From Mustelus asterias (Eukaryota), in the NCBI RefSeq assembly GCF_964213995.1, contig NC_135812.1, positions 79,608,001 to 79,672,000 of the forward strand: 64,000 nucleotides of DNA, written 5' to 3'. Shown piece by piece: positions 26,169-38,729 of the stretch (positions are counted from its first letter, which is position 1; the number at the start of each line of letters is the position of its first letter). The notes beneath the pieces were generated by a model that was not told the origin of the DNA, searched no databases, and worked only from the letters and a program-made list of their open reading frames with translations. Made by a program: the position numbers and the translations under genes.

Positions 26169-26342
26169 TTTTTTTTTATACTTTTCCAATTCAATCAAAT
26201 CAAATCCAATTCAGAGTCTCAACAAGTTGAGACATTTCAGATCCAGGCTGACAAGACAGGACGGGAGACCAAAACCACCCTGTCCTGGGCCTGATCTACA
26301 TGAGTCAAGCTGATTGGAGAAGGGGGAGGATCCGCCTCCAAG
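26169..26342 (-). mobile_element. U2-headed SINE-like element, copy 2 (5'-truncated)
   Basis: 3' half colinear with the other copies; poly(A); direct repeat CAAGCAACAGCTAAAT at 26153-26168 and 26339-26354. Confidence 0.9.
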
Positions 26343-26505
26343 CAACAGCTAAATGCTTCAGAAAATTCAGGGATTATACGAAAAACAACAAAAAGAATTG
26401 TTGACACAATTTTTTAGACAAATGCTAAAGCACGTTTACATCTTCCTCACCTAATATCGGGTTATGAATTCAGGCCAAACACCGATTGCAGATTATGGTT
26501 AAAAA

Positions 26506-26596
26506 ATGATGGACAATTTGAAAACCTGTAAGGGCTGTCAGTGTATCTGTGCCTTTATACCCCTTCTGAATATGTTGTCAGCATGCAATCCAAAAG
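26506..26596 (+). CDS. cd7: CD7-like receptor, candidate exon 1 (leader)
   Basis: MMDNLKTCKGCQCICAFIPLLNMLSACNPK ends at a strong phase-1 donor AAG|GTGAGG that matches the V-exon phase. The hydrophobic core is only modest. Confidence 0.55.
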
Positions 26597-28377
26597 GTGA
26601 GGAAACCTTTATATTGAAGCAAAAATATTGTTTTCTTCTCTCTTCAATAACTGAAGATCCACACAAAGCATTTTTGCAACCAAAAACCACCATGAGTTAG
26701 CCCAATACTATTTTTGTTTAGGTTCACAGCTCTTAAAATAACTGAGAATCGGTTAGATTTAAAATCAACCATAGGAAGAAATCTTGTAATCTTTCCATCA
26801 TAAAGATATATATAAGAAAATATTGACATATTTTCAAATGTGACAGTCATAAATGCTTGAAGAGCTGTGCAGGGATGGGAAAGTAAATTAAAGAGGAGTT
26901 CTTGGCAAGATTGCACTTATGCATCTCCTTGTGGCTGCCGAGGGCGTCACTATTGGTAGCTGTGTGTGATTAGAATGCATGCACTGCCACATTAGAATGA
27001 GATGGTGCATGAGCTGAGGGTGATCAGACAGCAAAAAATATAAATTGTTGTCCATCTCTCATTGCCCCAAGTCAGCCATTTTAAATTTGCAGATTCTGTG
27101 TGGAGTTTGCACATTCTCCCCATATCTGTGTGGGTTTCCTCCAGGTGCTCCGGTTTCTTCCCACAGTCCAAAGATGTGCAGGTTAGGTGGATTGGCCATG
27201 CTAAATTACTCTTTAGTGTCCAAAGATGTGTAGGTTAGGTGAATTAGCCATAGTACATGCATCCCTAAAATACACCCAGTGCCAACCTCTGAATTGGTGG
27301 CTGCAAGTATCAGATCAAGTAATGGTGCATCTTCAGCTCTTGCCCACAACATTCATGGTGAGGCTGCACTAGAGGCCAGGCAGCAGTTATTTAGTATCAG
27401 AAAGTAAAATTGCAGATGGGGAAAGTTGGGGTGAGGGTAGGGCGTTGTGTGGAATGCAAGAAGTTCATGGTCAAACTATCTGTAGGTTGCACTTTGCACT
27501 AGATTGCAGGATGAGGGTGGTGTGGAATTTGTAAAATTGCATAAGGCAGGAACATACCATCATCCTGAATGTGTTCAGTGGTGATGGACACATTAGACAC
27601 TGTCACTGCTGGACCCATAATATGTTGCACCATCTCCTCCAAAGGACTCAGGGGATGTAGGTGTCTGTTCCTCAAGGGTTATCTGCTGCTTCCTCCTGTT
27701 ACGTATGATCATTTTTTGCAAAAGAGAAAGAGAAGAATGTTAGTGAGTGTGCTGCATCATGGTTAGGAAATGTACCTGTCATAGCTGAAGAGCTAGAGTT
27801 TCAAGATATGAGCATGAAGCTTGCAGCAGTGATTAGTGTTTGAGAGTTAGGTGGAGCATCAAGTCCCCATTTCTCACCACTGAATGCAGGAGAAGTTGAT
27901 GATGTGAAGGGTAGGAGATGTGGAAGGTACATTATTGACTTTGGCCACTTTGGAGATCAATGAAATTTTTCCAGTACGTCAGTCTGAATCCCGGAATTCG
28001 CCTCCCTTGTTCCTGATCCCATTCCCTTAATGCAGTCTATATGCAGAGCCTCCTGACCTCTGACAAGAATCCCCTCCTTCTTTTGACCTTCTGGAGTAAG
28101 GCCTCCAAAACTAGGTCGGCAAACTTGGGAGTCTTCTGTCTGGCCAGTGTTCCACTAGTAGTCTGCTTCCTTCGATTAAAGACTTTAAGATCAGCTCCAC
28201 CAACTGCTGCAACCAAAATGCATTTCCTCTTTAAGAGAAACAAGCTGTCTTTGTTAGTTGCAGGTTTGCTTTAAGCTGTGCTGGCCACAGATGAACTTAG
28301 GCCCCTGTAACATTGCATTTTGCACTGATCTGCACACTACTATCATTGAGATGAGCAGGCACCATGACATTTGTACC

Positions 28378-28685
28378 GCTTTTATTATTTATTAGAGTCA
28401 CAAGTAGGTTTACATTAACACTGCAATGGAGTTACTGTGAAAATCCCCTGGTCATCACATTCCAGCACCTGTTCAGATACCAAGAGGAAGAATTTAGCAT
28501 GGCCAATGCACCTAACCAGCACATCTTTCGGATTGTGGGAGGAAACCGGAGCACGTGGAGGAAACCCACGCAGACATGTGGGAGAACGTGCAGATTCCTC
28601 ACAGACAGCGACTCAAGCTGGGAATCAAACCCAGGTCCCTGGTGTTGTGAGGCAGCAATGCTAACCACTGTGCCACCATGTTGCC
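28378..28685 (-). mobile_element. HE1-headed SINE, alternative tail
   Basis: As for 18443-18748. Confidence 0.9.
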
Positions 28686-29134
28686 TGCATCACCAAAATT
28701 AGGTGCGGGGTACTTGTGCATCTTAATCCCTGTGCCTGCTTCAGGCCTGAATGAAATTTTAGTCTCTAGACTCTCAGCTGTTGAAAAGCAGACATCTTTC
28801 TCCTGTAACATGGAGTGTTAGAGATTACACAAAACCACCCCAGCTTTCTACAACTCTGTTCTCCTTTAATTAATGACATATTGTTATCACAGAGACTTTT
28901 AACATTTGAAAAGAAATTCAAAATTCCCATTAGTTGCTGAAAGAATTAAGCCACAATATTCCACGGTCTAATTTTATTCTTCCCAAAGCTAAAAATCCCC
29001 TAAAATATTAATATGATTCATGAAGTGTAATGATTATGACATAATTTACATGAAGGAAAAGTTTTATTTGATAATTGATCACATTCAGTGCTTTATGACC
29101 GTACTGACTATATCTTCAATTCTATATTTTACAG

Positions 29135-29473
29135 ACAGTCGCATTTTTCAGTCTCCTTTTGTTAAACAAGTGAAAGGGGGAGGATCTGTTTCAATAAACT
29201 GCGGATTTTCATCTGAAGACGATACCCTTGTGGGCATCTATTTAAGAAGAAATCTTTTCGTTCCCACCGATCTGATCTACGTCCACGATCGTGTTAATAC
29301 GGTGCATGACTCATATATCAACCGTACTGAGTTTAAAGGAAACAAAAAAAACTTCACTGTAACCCTCAATAATCTCCAGGAAAATGACACAGATATTTAC
29401 TATTGCGTGTTTGGAATACGAAAGGTTACAGTATCAAATGCATTTGGACAAGGAACAATGTTGTTTGTGTCAG
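29135..29473 (+). CDS. cd7: CD7-like receptor, exon 2 (Ig V domain with J-like end)
   Basis: Acceptor tttacag| and donor G|gtatgt; SVSINC...VGIYLRR...LIY...RTEFKG...FTVTLNNLQENDTDIYYC...FGQGTMLFVS. Leu in place of the C-strand Trp, as in CD7 GIYLR. Confidence 0.9.
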
Positions 29474-29599
29474 GTATGTTTCTTTCAAATTTTCACCCAA
29501 CATAATTTACTGAAGAAAAGTTATTGCTTAACAATAATATCTTTATGTAGATAAAGAATGGCTATGTGAGAGCATATGACATTTTTGTTGTTCTTAGAA

Positions 29600-29921
29600 T
29601 TATAGAATCCTACAGTGCAGAAGGAGGCCAGTCGGCCCATCGAGTCTGCACCGACCACAACCCCACCCAGACCCTATCCCCGCAACACCATGCATTTACC
29701 CTTGCTAGTCTCCCTGACACTAAGGGGCAATTTAGCATGGCCAATCCACCTAACCCATACATCTTTGGACTGTGGGAGGAAACCGGGGCACCCGGAGGAA
29801 ACCCACACAGACACGGGGAGAATGTGCAGACTCCACACAGACTGTGACTCAAGCCGGGAATTGAGCCCGAGTTCCTGGCGCTGTGAGGTAGCAGTGCTAG
29901 CCACTGTGCCATCATGCCACC
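29600..29921 (-). mobile_element. HE1-type SINE
   Basis: Full-length copy with tail. Confidence 0.9.
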
Positions 29922-31555
29922 CTTGACAGGCCCATTAACTCCATGGTGTGACTGTGGGGGGTGGTGCGGGGGGTTGGGGGGGGCGTTGACTTCCTGCAGG
30001 CCCCGCCATGAGATTCACCATGCTTCTTACGGGTGCATATTTACTGAGTTGAACATGGCCAACTGTCAGCCCCCCAACCACCCGCTCATTGTAATATTGT
30101 CCAGGTATGTTCTGCACACAAAATCCAACCCGGCTAATCACCGCTCCATCAGTCTACTCTTGATCATCAGCAAAGTGATGGAAAGGGTCATCAACAGTGT
30201 ATCAAGTGGCACTTGCTCAGAAATAGCCTTCTCACTGACGCCCAGTTTGGGTTTTGCCAGGACCACTCAGACCCTGAACTAATTGCAGCACTGGTTCAAC
30301 TACAGGCAAAAGAGTCAAACTCCAGAGGTGAGGTGAGAGTGACTGCCCTTGACATAAGGGCAGCATTTGACTGAGTGTAGCATCAAAACTGGAGTCAATC
30401 AGTATCAGAGGGAAAATATGCATTGGTTAGAGTCATACTTAGCGTTGCAGAAGATTAGACATTGCCCTATGCACAAGAAATTTGAAAAGTATCAGTGAGG
30501 GAATTAGAAATTCCCTCAGTCCACTTTATAAGCATTCTTGGATAGAATATGCCGGGCATGTTTGGATTTAGCCTGAAAATCTATCCAGAAAGTCTTCCCT
30601 TGTAAAAGTATTTCAGTCTTTCTCCCTTCTCCTCAGCTCTGACGAAGGTCATCCAGACTCTCCACAAATGCTGTTAGACCTGCTGAGATTTTCCAGCATT
30701 CTCTGTTTTTGTTTCAGATTCCAGCATCCACACCATTTTGCTTTTTTCTCCTTTATATGCTGCTTTAGGGCTTAGCCTTCTTTGAAAATAATTACAACAT
30801 GATCATTCAATTATAAACAAAACAAGTTTGCATTTTTTTCTGTGCTACTTCTGTAGATGTGCATCAACTAACCTGCCCATCAACATTAAGTGGCTTTGGT
30901 CTGTGCATAAGCATCATTTCAACCATTGGCATTGTTAGAAGACTTCTTGCATCATAAGTTTATAAGTGTTCACAGAACATTAAATGCAGAATGCGATGTT
31001 ATGTGCCACCCTGTATTGTCTAGGCACGGATGATAATAAATCCACACCCAACCAAGCTAACCCTGCAAATCCTCGTTGTTAACATCTGTGGACATAGGCA
31101 AGACATGAGAGCCAACACACAGACTAGTCAAGTAACACTCTGACATGGTCCTGTTCATGAATTATGGTTGCAATCAATGTCCAGGGCTTCTTCATCACCA
31201 ACCCTGGGTATATCATGCCCCATTGGCAGTACCGTGTAGACAATGGTGTGGTCACGGGGACTTCAATGTTCATCACCGAGAGTGGCTCAGTAGTGCCAAC
31301 ATGAACAAGTTGGCCAAGTCTTAAAGGATTGATCTACCAGACTGGGCATGTGGTAGGTGGTGAGAGGACGGAAAGGAAAATTCGTCACAAACCTACCTGT
31401 TGCAGATTCGTCTGTATGTGACAATATTGCTATGAGTGGCCACGACACAGTCCTTGTGGAGATGAAGTCCTATCTTCACACTGATACCATGAATTGTGCA
31501 CAATCACCATGCTCAATGTAATAGATTCAGAACAAATGCAGCAGCTCATTGCTGG

Positions 31556-31781
31556 TGTGGTGCTTTGTGGTGATTGTCCCTTTAAGGACAAAAGTAGGAG
31601 TAAGGGTCACCTGGCTCGGGACTCAGAGTGGATAATCACCTCAGGAGTTGGAGACCTCTCTTAGACATTAGACATGTAGGGGACTAAAGCAGCCAGGTGG
31701 CTGCTGTACTGCTGTATAGTTTTTCTTATTAATAAATACCTTTTGTGCTTCAAATGATGTCGGCGAAAGTGCTTCATTACA
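31556..31781 (+). mobile_element. Solo LTR
   Basis: TGTGGTG...ATTACA ends, AATAAA, imperfect TSD GCTGG/ACTGG. Confidence 0.65.
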
Positions 31782-32360
31782 ACTGGACTTTCACAAGGCT
31801 TTGTGAAAGTAACATTCATGCCACACAAGTGCCTGGCAATTGCCATCTTCACCAAGATGAGAATCTAACCATCTCCCTTTCATGTTCACATTGTCATCAT
31901 TGAATCCCACACTGTCAATGCCCTTGGAGTTACCATTGACCAGAAACTTAACTGGACTAGCCAGATAAGTATTGTTGCTTCAAATGGAGGTTAGAGGCTG
32001 GCTACCCAGTGACAAGTAACTCATTTTGTGACTCTCTAAAGGTTGTTCCCCATCTACAAGGCACAAGTCAAGAGTTTAAGTACTCTATATTTGCCTGGAT
32101 TATGCAGTTCCAACAACACTCAAAAAGCTTGACACCATTCAGGATGAAGCAGCCTGTTCGATTGGCAACCCATCCACCACCTTAAGGTTTCACTCCTTCC
32201 ACCACTGGCACACAGTGTCAAAAATGTGTACGATCTACAAGATGTGCAGCAGCAAATCATCAAGCCTATTTTGATAGCATCCTCCAAACCCACTGCTTTA
32301 CAACCTAGAAGGACAAGGGCAGCATATGCATAAGAACACCACCAACTTCAGGTTCCCTTG

Positions 32361-32843
32361 TGTTGGGTCTGTTCATTTTTTAGAGTAGACATAGGCAGCA
32401 CTGGTCCAAAGATGAAATTCTTTTATTGAGCATCATTTAAAATTAACACATTAGAAAGCGAAAAAGGATCATTTGAGAGAGGAAGAGAGAGAGAGAAAGA
32501 GAGAGGGACCAGCCGAAGTTAGTCCTCATACAGACTCGATCTAAACCTCGCACAGGGCTGAACTAATTAAACAGATAACTGTTACTACAATATATGAATT
32601 CTTATCGGTGTTATTGAAATTGCTGGTACCAACTTCCATAAACAATTGGCAGCTGTGGCCATGAAAAACTTCTGTTTGGGCTTGCAAGATTACTTTCAAA
32701 AAATGCAGTCAACTTTCCAAGCTAATCCCAGAATTCCCAGCTGAGTTTAAAATATGGCCACATTAGCTTTAAAGCTTGGCATAGGCAGAAATATCTTAAA
32801 ATGAAATATTTTAACTGAAGCAAACCATGCAAAGGATCCCACA
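32361..32843 (-). mobile_element. Solo LTR
   Basis: TGTTGGG...CCCACA ends with 5-bp TSD CCTTG. Confidence 0.85.
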
Positions 32844-33189
32844 CCTTGCAAGCCGCACACTATCCTGACTTGGAATTATGTCACCATTCCTTCATTGTTA
32901 CTGAGTCAAAAACCTCAAATTGCCTTCCAAAAAGCACCTTGGGTGTATCTACCTCACATGAACAGCAGGGGTTCAAGAAAGTGGCTCACCACCAACTTCT
33001 CAAGGATAATTAGGGTTAGACAACAAGTGCTGGCTGAGCCAGGGACACCCACATTGCGTGAACAAATGATTTAATTTTTACTTTCTGTAAAGAACGCAGG
33101 AAGATGATAGAAGATGAAAATAATTTCATGACAATGTGAAGGTATAAAATGTGCAATCCTTTTGTCAAAACTGTTTTATATCTTTTCAG

Positions 33190-33332
33190 AGCCCAAACTG
33201 GAACATTGTGCAGACAGTTGCGTAGGAGCAGAAATATGCAAAGGAGGCTCATATAAAGATCCATTAATAATTGGTGTGATCGTTTCTTCAATTGTTGTCG
33301 TTATCTGTGCATTAGCTCTGTTACTCTGGCGT
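33190..33332 (+). CDS. cd7: CD7-like receptor, exon 3 (stalk + transmembrane)
   Basis: ttttcag| acceptor in phase 1; EPKLEHCADSCVGAEICKGGSYKDPLIIGVIVSSIVVVICALALLLWR; donor |gtaagt in phase 0. Confidence 0.88.
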
Positions 33333-33419
33333 GTAAGTTCCTAATATCTTTGTAATACTTCTTAAACTTTATAGATAGTAACCAGTAAAAGTGAAACAAA
33401 TTAAGTAAAATTAAATTCA

Positions 33420-34395
33420 ACTAGTGCCACTTTGCCTTGGATCCCATGGGCCTTTACTTTCTGGACCAGTCTGCCATGAAGGATTTTATCTAAAGCTTTG
33501 TTAAAGCCCATATAGACAGCATCAAATGCATCACCCTCATCAATAATCCTGGTTACTTCTTCAAAAAATTCAATTAAATTTGTCAAACATGACCTTCCCT
33601 TAACAAAGTCCATGCTGACTATCCCTGATTAATTCGTGTTTCTCCAAGGGCAGATATATTCTGTCCCTCAGAATTCTTTTTTGTAACTTCTCTAACAGTG
33701 AGGTTAGATTGACTGGTTTATAATTTCCTGGTCTATCCCTACTTCCCTTTTTTATAATGGGACAATGTTAGCAATTCTCTGACACTTCATCTGCGACCAG
33801 AGAGGATTTGAAAATGATGCTGTCCCTTGACATCAAGGGTCCTCTGCTCTTAGTCCCGTTCTTTGTCTTTGCGGGTACATATTTGCCCTGTACTCTCACT
33901 ATCTCTTCCCACTGCTCTGACACAGTTTTATCTCCAAGTAACTGCTCCCAGTGCACTTCTGGCTTTATCTTACCTTTAAAAAAATTAGCCTTTCCCCATT
34001 TAAGAACTTTTATTCCTAGCCCTTCCTTATCCTTTTCCATAACCATCCTAAATCTAGTTGAATTATGGTCACCATCTGTAAAGTGCTCACCTACTGATAT
34101 ACCTTTCACCTACCCGGGCTCATTGCCAAATATTTAGCCCAGAATTGCTCCCTCGCTTGTTGGGCTTTCTACGTACTGGCTTTAAAAGTTCTCCTGATGC
34201 AATTTAAGAATTTTGCTCCCTCCCTACCTTGCACACTAAAACTATCCCAGTTAATACTTGGGTAGTTAAAATCCCCTACCATTACTGCCTTATTGTTCCA
34301 ACACATTTCTGAAATTTGATTACATATTTGATCTTCTATCCTGCTTGTTTGGGGGCCTGTAGTACACACCCATAAGTGTGTCTGCCTCTTTACTA
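33420..34395 (-). mobile_element. CR1 LINE internal fragment (EN/RT)
   Basis: VGDFNYP, GDHN and KGRSCLTNLIEFFEEVT motifs. Confidence 0.9.
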
Positions 34396-34916
34396 TTGAA
34401 CCCAGGATTCAATTTACTGCTGAACTCACTGTTGAAGGTTGAAGATTCCAGGGACATAAAATGAGGAATGAGCATTTTACAGTTAAGTAAGCTAAGTACA
34501 GCAATTCTCCTCTCCTCAGAACCTCACTGCTTTCTGGTTAATACATGCAGGGGAGGAGGTGAGAGCGTCCTCAGCCGCAATGCTCATCCTGATTTCTGCA
34601 ACTCCTTGCGCCATTTATACAGATGTGTAATTCTGTGAATCTCAAACATTTCTGTCTTGGGGACACCCTGTAGATGTGAATCTCTGGGGACTCCCTGTAA
34701 GATTACAAAGGCTGTGCTAGGTTTGCAGTGGTAAACAATGCGGAGATTTGTCTTTTTACTATAAAAGTAGAATACACCAATAGCTGTAGTGCTAATGTCG
34801 AATGAACATTTCTGGGATCTTCCAGTTTTCCCTCGGGACCAGGGTTCTCCAATTGGAAATTGAAATAATAATTCAAAGGAATGTTGTTTTTCTAAAAAAA
34901 GTGTTTTCTTCTTTAG

Positions 34917-35018
34917 CTGAAGAAAAACTGCCATCGTGACCAACCAAATCGTGCGAGAGCTCCGAACTCAGTGTATGAAGATATGAACCTGGTGCGAACT
35001 CAAAGCACAGGACGTTAG
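34917..35018 (+). CDS. cd7: CD7-like receptor, exon 4 (cytoplasmic tail)
   Basis: ttttcttctttag| acceptor in phase 0; LKKNCHRDQPNRARAPNSVYEDMNLVRTQSTGR* contains VYEDM. Too short for the ORF track. Confidence 0.9.
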   Translation: MKKNCHRDQPNRARAPNSVYEDMNLVRTQSTGR

Positions 35019-36411
35019 TCTTCAGATGAATCATGTTAATTTCCTTGCAAGTAACATCAACCTGGAGCATGGACAGTACTTTTGTTATTAGATAAAGTAT
35101 ATCAATATAGTCATAACATTCTTACCTGTTCGCAACTCTTTTTGCAATGTAAGAGTTTGTTCAAGTAAAAACAAGTTCTATTTCCATGGAGCAGTGCAGC
35201 CTGCTTAGTAGAAGCTGCTGCTTGTACATATGTCACAGGTATATTATGATAGAACAGCATACCATTTGCATGGGAGGGGAGGGAGCAAATATTACTCTTT
35301 TATCTCATTGTAAAATTCCCTTTCTCTCCCCTCTCCCCTCCTCTCACTGCTTTTAAGTCTCTTCTGTTGTCAGGCATCTCCACACTTTTTTTTAAAGGAT
35401 GTCACAGAGGCCTTTGAAGAATGTCTAATCTTTAATCTGTGCCTATTGTCAATAGCAGAAGGATCCTTAATCAACTTCTTGAAGAATAGTGAATGTAAAC
35501 TGACACGCAAATATGCTACATCAACTTTCAAGTAATATATGTGAGACATATACCTTAGATGGTAGATAACTTGCTTTATTCCAAAATATTATATATTTTG
35601 TCAGTGTATAGAGATGAATAACTTAGTTGATAGTGTAAATATCCAAAGTGGTTATACAGATACTCTCATGAATCATTCCGTGACAGAGCTTGCAATTTTA
35701 AACAAATAATCCCAAGCTTGCCTCCTTTAGTGTCCTTATACCTTGATTATGGTACTAGCTTTTATTAGGACATGGTTTCCAGAGGTAGAGCAAGTCTTTT
35801 TATATTTCATTACACTGAGTCTTCATGTGTGAAACTACACAGTGCCAGTCTGATGTTTAAGCGTGTGGAGCTGAGAAGGTTTCTTGTGTAATATAAAGTG
35901 GTTATAGAGGACAGAGAGGGTTGTGTGGATTGGTCATGCTAAATTGCCCCTTAGTGTCAGGGGGACTAGCTAGGGTGAAAGCATGGAGCTATGGGGATAG
36001 GGCCTGAGTGGGATTGTGGTATGTGCAGACTCAATGGGCCGAATGGCCTTCCTCTGCATTGTAGGATTCTATGATATCTATGATTCTATGATGACACTCG
36101 GAAGAAACCTTCTTTGGCAGAAACAGTGCGGCCGAGAATCAACACGTTCGGATCCGGCAGCTAAAGCTGCAATATTCCAGCAGAGGCTCACTGCATTGTA
36201 TTGGTAGCAGGATTTTAAAATATTGAGATCGGCTAATCATCACACGTTCAAAACTGGCACCTTTTGGGGTTGGTGTCACATCCTTACAGCTGAAATGTAT
36301 AATTTTATGTGGTTCTTGCTGCATATCGTTTGCTGCAAATATCATCAAGAGAAAAGAAAACTACCCACAATATGTCTATCAGTTTTTAGTTGCATGTTTG
36401 TGCCATTCCAG

Positions 36412-36735
36412 TTCATAGAATCATAGACTATTAGAATCTACAGCACGGAGACAGGCCCTTCAGCCTAAACTGTCCATGTTGAACAAAATACCCATCTGAG
36501 CGAATCCCATTTGCCTGCATTTGGCACATATTTCTCTAAACCTTTCCCACCCATATATCTGTCCAAATGCCTTTTAAATGTTGGCAATGTCCCTGCCTCA
36601 ATCACTTCCTCTGGCAGCTTATTCCACATACGTACCACCTCTATGTAAAAAACTTGCTCCTTAGGTTCCCATTAATTCTTTCCTCTCATAACTTAAACCT
36701 ATGCCCTCTAGTTCTCGATTCCCCAACACTGGGAA
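36412..36735 (-). mobile_element. CR1 LINE 3' fragment
   Basis: Similar to 14015-14487 in reverse. Confidence 0.8.
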
Positions 36736-36884
36736 TGCAATATCCATTCAGCCACGGTCCAACTTCAAGAGCTCACCAAAACCCTTTCAGATTCAATCTT
36801 TCATATTTTCTGAAATGAACTTATGAACATTTTTAATCTTAGTTATTGGACAAATTCTTGTTTCTAACAATCAATCATGAACTA

Positions 36885-37212
36885 GGCAACACGGTGGCAC
36901 AGTGGTTAGCACTCCCACCTCACAGCACCAGGGATCTTGGTTCGATTCCAGCCTTGGGTGACTGTGTGGAGTTTGCACATTCTCCCTGGGTCTGCATGGG
37001 TTTCCTCCGGGTGCTCCGGTTTCCTCTCACAGTCCAAAGATATGCAGATTAGGTGGATTCGCCATGTTAAATTGCCCCTTAGTGTCCAAAGATATGGAGG
37101 TTAGGGGGATTATCGGAATAAATTAAGTTACGGCAATAGGGCCTGCGTAAGATGCTCTGTTTGAGAGTCGGTGCAGAATAGCTTCCTTCTGCACTGTAGG
37201 GGTTCTATGATG
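36885..37212 (+). mobile_element. HE1-type SINE
   Basis: A/B boxes, body and tail. Confidence 0.9.
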
Positions 37213-37213
37213 C

Positions 37214-37544
37214 TGTGGTGAACCATCGTTGGTTCCCACTAGATAGTACTGAGCCAGGGTCTGGCCAGTACTACGAGTATGTATATATGTTGCTGTTGGG
37301 GTTAGGGATGGGTTGTTCTACTTGTTGCTGTTGGGGTTAGGGTTGGGCTGTTACACCTGTATTATAGTTATTGTGGTACATCCCAGTCGGGCTCCGCCTC
37401 CTGGGAGAGGTATAAAGGTCACTGCTCTGTCTGGGACCCCTCAGTCTGGGATCGTGTACTATACATGGTAGCTTCGTTGTAACAGTAAATAAAAGCCTTT
37501 ATTTCCTTGAGCATCTCAAGCCTCGTGTGTGATAACGCGCATCA
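37214..37544 (+). mobile_element. Solo LTR
   Basis: TGTGGTG...GCATCA ends, TATAAA and AATAAA, 5-bp TSD GATGC. Confidence 0.9.
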
Positions 37545-38729
37545 GATGCTGATGATGAACTTAAATTCAAGGACCATTTTGTGATTCAGGTAATGGAAAC
37601 TAATCAAATAAATCTCTGCAGCCTACTCAGAAGTTCTCATTTTAAAATAGAAATGGTTGGACAACTTTAAATTTTGAAAGTATTTCAATTGGAATATTTA
37701 TTTCAATTAGAACTGCATTGTGTTGATTGTTTCATCTCCAATTTGTCATCTTCCTCTTATTACTGCTCTATTACAGCTCCTTTGAACTTGCTATTTGTCT
37801 CTCAATCTCCAGATATATTACAGTTAGCGAACTTTTTCAATTTCATTCACGCTCTCCAACATTGACACACGATTTATTACAGCATCTTCTCTCATTCCTT
37901 TTCCACAATATCAAAATTGTAACATTTCTTGACTCTCCCATTCCCCCTCTCCATCGAGAATCTAACGCTGTTTAAAAAGCTCAGCTTGATGCCTCCTTAT
38001 ACTGTGAGTCAGAATCTTTTACACCTCGCTGATTCCTTGAGCGAGTGCCTTTCATGCTTCACGAGGTTTCTCCATTTAACTCAAAAGGCTACATCTCAGC
38101 AAGGGCCTGATTTGAAAATAAATCTCTACAGCACTGCAGGCGGACTGCCCAACCAATATCCACCCGCAGTTTTGAGGAGTTTTATAAGCCTGTTAACAAA
38201 ATCTCTTTGTTCTTAATATCCGAAGAGGAGTAATACTGAATTAGGAACCAAAGTCATTGTTACTTTGGAGGCTTGTGCAGGAACTGTACAGAAGAATTAG
38301 ATTGTACAGAATGGCTCTGAAAAACAAATTCAGGAAATGTGGACATCAGTAATGACATCTCAGTGCGATGTTGAAGCTAACCACAAAATGTCAGCTGTAC
38401 CACAGTGTCTCAGTGGGTGTCCTTGTTTAACTTAAATTACATTTTCTTTTTACTTCCTATGCAATGTCTGGAATGTGCTACTAGTGTCAGTAACAATGTG
38501 AACATTTGTATGTATCGTGTCTCTTCATGTGCAGCATGCTGTATGTTTTAACATTACTTTATCAATTACGTTCAGCCTAACCTGTCAGATTTAGAAGAAA
38601 TAATCACCTTTAAGTATTATGATATAAAAATGTATTTTTTTTGCTAAATGCGGATTTTCTCCCCTGTCAGTTCCACATACCCTTCTGAACTAACATCGAA
38701 ACTGCAACCTCTTCCGGGATCTGTGCTAA

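Larger units (their letters stand above)
30100..33070 (+). mobile_element. Degraded CR1/L2-type LINE fragments in CD7-like intron 2
   Basis: KSNPANHRSISLL..ISKVME and LGVTIDQKLNW remnants; 3' end near 33010-33070; interrupted by LTRs. Confidence 0.75.

Noticed and set aside
29020-29134. N-terminal extension of ORF 29020-29505 as coding sequence
   Set aside because: It lies upstream of a clear acceptor at 29134 and is AT-rich; most likely intron read in frame.
29135-29473. Rearranging TCR/Ig V segment or CD28/CTLA4
   Set aside because: No RSS follows the V, the J-like strand is in the same exon, there is no C domain and no MYPPPY-like loop; GIYLR and YEDM favour CD7.
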